Positions 28,949 through 32,559 of a stretch of DNA of 32,559 nucleotides are shown in pieces. The position numbers and the translations under genes are program-made. The stretch comes from an uncultured Rhodopirellula sp. Its GTDB lineage: Bacteria; Planctomycetota; Planctomycetia; Pirellulales; Pirellulaceae. Numbering within the stretch: position 1 is the first letter of the stretch; every line of letters begins with the position of its first letter. The stretch lies in NCBI GenBank assembly GCA_964007735.1, contig CAXGAI010000049.1, positions 1 to 32,559 of the forward strand, read 5' to 3'. The notes beneath the pieces were generated by a model. That model saw only the letters and a program-made list of their open reading frames with translations. It was not told the DNA's origin and searched no databases.

Positions 28949-29962
28949 TTAGTCAATCGCGGGATGATAACCTGTCGCTTTAGTTAGAATCCGATAGAAG
29001 CCTTTGCCTGCAGTTATATATAACGTATGAATCTCTTTGCCACGGCCGAAGCTCACATTCGTAGGGAGTTCGGGTGTCTCGATATAGCCCAACTCCTCTC
29101 CCGCTGGCGTAAAAATAACGATTCCAAATCGACTGGCGCTCCGCACGGCTGCATAGATCCGACCATCTTTATCGACAGTCATTCCGTCGACCCCCGTCTC
29201 CGAGCCAAAATCATGAAGCACTTTCCGTCGAGACAACTCACCTCGGCGATTCACACGGAATGAATTCAACGTCATCCTGCCTGGCTCAAAACCGTCTTCC
29301 AGGTCCGCTTTAGCAGACCCGTTATCCGTCTCTGCGATGTAGACTGTCCTCTGATCAGGTGACAGGACTATCCCGTTCGGCTTATCAATTTCAGTGGTTG
29401 CGATCGACAACGTATTATCCACGTCCACCCGATATACATCGAAACTTTCCAACTCCAACTCTTCCGGGCCAACATATTTTGGATCTGTGAAGTAAACACG
29501 CCCTTTACGGTCGATCACGATATCGTTTGGCGAATTAAATCGCTTACCTTCGTACCTCGAATGAAGTACCTTAACAGATCCGTCGTTTTTGAACTCAACC
29601 AGAGCCCGGTGTCCTTCTAAAGGCGACGCACAACAACCAAGTAATCGACCATCACGAGTAAACATTAATCCATTACCCATTCCACTGTCCGGACAGTAAG
29701 TATCGGTTTTGCCTGTACGCGGGTCATAACGCATAACTCGTGCCGGACCGGCATCGAATGGCTGGGAAAAATCTGAAAAGTACATATTGCCGTCAGGCCC
29801 CGCCGCCGCGCCTTCCGTGAAGCCGCCTTCTTCCCACAAGGTCTCCAAAACTTCCCCCTCAATCAGGACGCGACCCCCACCCTCAATCTTTAATTCGTCC
29901 GCCATAACCAGTCCCGCCATCAGCGTGAAAGTAAACAGAACACCACTGTTTAACTTTTTCAT
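28949..29962 (-). CDS. SMP-30/gluconolactonase/LRE family beta-propeller, secreted
   Basis: Signal peptide; motifs FTEG, YFSD, FNSPND, YFTDP, PNGIVLSPD, DGMTVD, PTNVSFG. Confidence 0.92.
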   Translation of the reverse strand: MKKLNSGVLFTFTLMAGLVMADELKIEGGGRVLIEGEVLETLWEEGGFTEGAAAGPDGNMYFSDFSQPFDAGPARVMRYDPRTGKTDTYCPDSGMGNGLMFTRDGRLLGCCASPLEGHRALVEFKNDGSVKVLHSRYEGKRFNSPNDIVIDRKGRVYFTDPKYVGPEELELESFDVYRVDVDNTLSIATTEIDKPNGIVLSPDQRTVYIAETDNGSAKADLEDGFEPGRMTLNSFRVNRRGELSRRKVLHDFGSETGVDGMTVDKDGRIYAAVRSASRFGIVIFTPAGEELGYIETPELPTNVSFGRGKEIHTLYITAGKGFYRILTKATGYHPAID

Positions 29963-30004
29963 CTCTCTTAACCTTTGTATTCCTGGCCTCGACCTGCTCC
30001 GAAC

Positions 30005-31687
30005 CTAATGGAACAAACCGCCGATAACCAATGCTTCGAGTCGTTTGAACGTAGAATTCCATTGTAGCACTTCGACCGCCACTTCGCCTTTCAGAGGGAA
30101 TTCCGCCGATTCAATGACTTCCACAAGACGATCCTCAAAGTAAAGTTCGACCGCAGTCCCATCAGTCATAACCCCTTCAACCGTTCTTCCTCTTTGGTAG
30201 CTGGCAGGTAACTTGAATGAAAAAGTTCGCTTGAAAGAATCAAGTTGCACAACAAACTTGTGCGTTGACCCCACGAGTAATTCTTCAAGGCGCTTCGCCT
30301 CCACCGAATAAGCTTTGGCATTTTTCATAGCTTGCAACTGATCGATAAGACGATCTTCGTGAAACAGCTCGTTATCACCGTTCTGTTTTTCCCCAATGGG
30401 GTTCTTGTCAGCAGCGGTCACAGCATGATTTTCCGGTTCATGCTCCAGATGGTTCACGGCATTTTCTATTGAAGTGGCTGGCGACTGCGGCAAATCTTCA
30501 CTGGGAACAGACGCATTGGAATTTCCATTAATCGAGTCATTACCCCGCGACTTCGATTCCGCTCTCGAGTCCGGAAGAGGACTGGCCCCGCTGGTAGATC
30601 GATTCTGAGTTATTTTTTGGTGAGCAACCAGTAAAGGAGAGTCCGGGCTAACCATCTTAACCAACGAGATCCATCCCTGATATTCAGAGAACGATACGGT
30701 CGTATCCTGTCCCGTCTTCAGTCGATGCTGAACGGCACGCAACCAACGCCTCCGACTGCGTGGAAGACTAACCTTATCATTCACAACAAGCCCTGTAACC
30801 TGTTGGCGTCTGTGATAACGAATGATTCGCTTCTTCTTCCCGTTTAGCGTGTACTTATAATCCCTTAAAATGACACCGGTATGTTGTAATAGCCGATGCA
30901 CAACATTCCGATCATAGGTCCTTAAAGAAAAAGTTATATCATCTGCATAACGCGTGTAACTCGCATTAAACTTTTCGGCCAGAGCGAGTAAACGAACGTC
31001 CATCGCCTTATTCACAATATTACTAATGACAGGACTGGTGGGGGCGCCCTGTGGTAACCCCATCCCATAACAGACCAGCTTCGTCAGCAAATCAGCTCCT
31101 GCCGGATCCCAGCCGGTCTCAGAAAAATACCTATTCACCCTGATCCTGTATGTGTTTGGGAAGAAATCTTTGATGTCGAGCTTGATAACAACTTCGTGAC
31201 CCACGTGCGGTCTGGCATTATCAAGAATCGACCTTCCTTTAACAAAACCACACACCGATGGATGTGTTTCATAATTCGCGAACAATTTGTGATAAAGAGC
31301 GTGCTGTATCTTCTTCGTTTGTGGATCAGGAATTTGAAGTTCTCTAAATCCGCCTGAACGTTTTGGTATACGGGCCACCTCATAACGAGGCTCCCAGTCA
31401 GAACCTAAGCCCTCTAATTCGGGGACTAGGTTGTATATACGAGAAATACCCGAGACCGGACCGTAAATTTCCGACCCCAACTCTCGTTTTCGCTCTGCTA
31501 ACAATCCTTTTTGAACTCGAGTCAAACGTTTTCTACCTTGAAGACGGTCAATATCTTCCGAATTAACAACTGCCACATGACGATTCAAGAATCGAACGAC
31601 CATGATAAAAGCTAAGACGAGGAACAAAACGCAAAAGCAAAATGCTGCCCCCGCGCCGACCGCAAACAACATATTCGAACTATTCAT
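30005..31687 (-). CDS. Retron-type reverse transcriptase with N-terminal transmembrane anchor and C-terminal OB-fold-like domain
   Basis: Motifs IPKRSGGFREL..P, GFVKGRSI.DNARPH (retron region X NAxxH, 31205-31219), KLDIKDFF, LPQGAPTSP.ISN, YTRYADDITFS (YADD at 30938-30949), RQQVTGLVVN (region Y VTG, 30791-30799). Hydrophobic residues 7-31, a low-complexity linker at ~357-440 and a globular C-terminal domain at ~441-560. Confidence 0.93.
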   Translation of the reverse strand: MNSSNMLFAVGAGAAFCFCVLFLVLAFIMVVRFLNRHVAVVNSEDIDRLQGRKRLTRVQKGLLAERKRELGSEIYGPVSGISRIYNLVPELEGLGSDWEPRYEVARIPKRSGGFRELQIPDPQTKKIQHALYHKLFANYETHPSVCGFVKGRSILDNARPHVGHEVVIKLDIKDFFPNTYRIRVNRYFSETGWDPAGADLLTKLVCYGMGLPQGAPTSPVISNIVNKAMDVRLLALAEKFNASYTRYADDITFSLRTYDRNVVHRLLQHTGVILRDYKYTLNGKKKRIIRYHRRQQVTGLVVNDKVSLPRSRRRWLRAVQHRLKTGQDTTVSFSEYQGWISLVKMVSPDSPLLVAHQKITQNRSTSGASPLPDSRAESKSRGNDSINGNSNASVPSEDLPQSPATSIENAVNHLEHEPENHAVTAADKNPIGEKQNGDNELFHEDRLIDQLQAMKNAKAYSVEAKRLEELLVGSTHKFVVQLDSFKRTFSFKLPASYQRGRTVEGVMTDGTAVELYFEDRLVEVIESAEFPLKGEVAVEVLQWNSTFKRLEALVIGGLFH

Positions 31688-31708
31688 AACCTTAAATCCG
31701 CTAATACC

Positions 31709-31748
31709 AAAAAAATGGGTTGGTCCGAATCAACACCCGGACCAACCC
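31709..31748 (-). terminator. Intrinsic terminator-like hairpin between the putative retron ncRNA and the RT start codon
   Basis: Minus-strand GGGUUGGUCCG-GGUGUUGAUU-CGGACCAACCC-A-UUUUUUU: a perfect 11-bp GC-rich stem (31717-31727 / 31738-31748) plus a U7 tract, about 21 nt before the RT ATG. Confidence 0.7.
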
Positions 31749-32015
31749 TAAAACGACTCCCTGCTATGGCTATGCCAATGCTGCCCGTAGCAATACGAAC
31801 AGTACTAATTGTCGCAGCGAAGCGAAGTCAATTTGTACTGTTCGTATTGCTACGGGCAGCACAAATACCTCTCCAAACTGCAATTCCCAAGGATGACGAA
31901 ACATCAACCTATAAAACGCCAAGGCTATCGTCAGGTCTTAAGTTACATAAAAGAGTCCTGATTTCACAAGCAAACTTATGGAAATCCAATCGGCGCTGCT
32001 TATAGTCGTAATAGG
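31747..32015 (-). ncRNA. Putative retron msr-msd non-coding RNA
   Basis: Lies directly upstream of the retron RT. It has a perfect 27-bp inverted repeat (msd-like) at 31779-31861, adjacent stem-loops at 31932-31960 and 31960-31986 (the latter with a G-U pair on the minus strand), and imperfect terminal arms 32004-32015 / 31747-31758. The boundaries are inferred. Confidence 0.7.
31779..31861. repeat. Perfect 27-bp inverted repeat (long hairpin, msd candidate)
   Basis: TGCTGCCCGTAGCAATACGAACAGTAC (31779-31805) is the exact reverse complement of GTACTGTTCGTATTGCTACGGGCAGCA (31835-31861). After one T/T mismatch the stem extends 5 bp further (AATTG/CAATT). Confidence 0.97.
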
Positions 32016-32064
32016 CAACAAATTGCGGACTAAGTTGGCTTTAGGACTAGAACGAGGGATCAGC

Positions 32065-32559
32065 ATGATGATCAGGGTAATTATTGTTTTCTATCTGCTT
32101 TACTTCAGTTTTGGAGCTCATAGTACTGGCGAAGACCTGCTAGTAACCATCGGAGAAACAACAACGAAAATCGCGAGTCCTGTCACGCCCGACGGATACC
32201 CCGATTATTTGGCGGCACTTAACACCGAGTTTCGCGGTAAATCTACTCCCCAGAACAATCTGGTTTTAGGAATCTGCAGAATAGTTGGTCCTGCTGGTAT
32301 TTCACCGGAACTGCGTCCAATGTTCTTTAAAGCATTAGGAATCGACGAACTTCCTCAGGAAGGCAACTACCTGATTGACTTGCCCACTTACCAAAGGCAG
32401 CAACTCGGCACTTTTGACTCCTCCAAACTCACTCCGGAGGAATATTCAGCGAAGTCAACCCAGCAACAAGATGATTATAGTTTCGTAATGCAAAATCCTT
32501 GGTCCCAAAAAAGTCACCCAACCGTTTTCGAGTGGCGGGTACAAAACCAAACTCACGTC
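32065..32559 (+). CDS. Hypothetical exported protein (3' truncated by window edge)
   Basis: GAGGGA RBS, ATG at 32065, frame open to the window end: MMIRVIIVFYLLYFSFGAHS...TTKIASPVTPDGYPDYLAALN...TPQNN. Resembles planctomycete hypothetical proteins. Absent from the ORF track because it has no stop. Confidence 0.75.
   Translation, partial: MMIRVIIVFYLLYFSFGAHSTGEDLLVTIGETTTKIASPVTPDGYPDYLAALNTEFRGKSTPQNNLVLGICRIVGPAGISPELRPMFFKALGIDELPQEGNYLIDLPTYQRQQLGTFDSSKLTPEEYSAKSTQQQDDYSFVMQNPWSQKSHPTVFEWRVQNQTHV

Noticed and set aside
3606..31566. Numerous short alternative-frame and antisense ORFs in the track
   Set aside because: They overlap well-supported genes and show no recognisable motifs.
30005..31687. 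RT as group II intron maturase, DGR RT or CRISPR-associated RT
   Set aside because: I found no intron domain V/VI, maturase or HNH features, no TR/VR repeat pair or avd-like gene, and no cas genes or array. The NAxxH and VTG motifs point to a retron.
31779..31861. Long inverted repeat as a terminator or as MITE/IS ends
   Set aside because: It has no U-tract on either side, lies between divergent genes, has no transposase or evident target-site duplication, and has no second copy in the window. A genome-wide search is still needed to exclude a repeat family.
31715..32005. 96-aa plus-strand ORF upstream of the RT (possible effector)
   Set aside because: It is antisense to the RT and runs straight through the terminator-like hairpin and the 27-bp inverted repeat. 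It has no RBS or recognisable motif and is better explained as an incidental frame over the ncRNA.

Overview
This window looks like chromosomal DNA from a planctomycete (probably Pirellulaceae-like; inferred from a DUF1501 protein, a dockerin-bearing secreted protein and a PVM-type microcompartment locus). From left to right it holds: the 3' part of a large secreted metalloprotease/Ig-repeat/dockerin gene; a hypothetical protein; a DUF1501 protein; an aldehyde dehydrogenase; an M28 peptidase; a complete minus-strand Planctomycetes/Verrucomicrobia-type bacterial microcompartment (PVM BMC) operon (DeoR regulator, PduL, 2 BMC-H, acetate kinase, 3 BMC-P, acylating aldehyde dehydrogenase, hypothetical, class II aldolase, LDH/MDH); housekeeping genes (purN, type-2 ileS, argJ, argC, Nudix, xylB); and a gluconolactonase-like gene. 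The standout is at the right end. A 560-aa retron-type reverse transcriptase (NAxxH, YADD and VTG motifs) is fused to an N-terminal transmembrane anchor and, through a disordered linker, to a C-terminal ~120-aa OB-fold-like domain. Directly upstream on the same strand is a highly structured non-coding region: a perfect 27-bp inverted repeat (msd-like), msr-like stem-loops, candidate a1/a2 arms, and an intrinsic-terminator-like hairpin just before the RT start. This fits a membrane-anchored, apparently single-gene retron whose architecture matches no retron type I know. All family assignments come from reading motifs by eye; no searches or folding programs were run.
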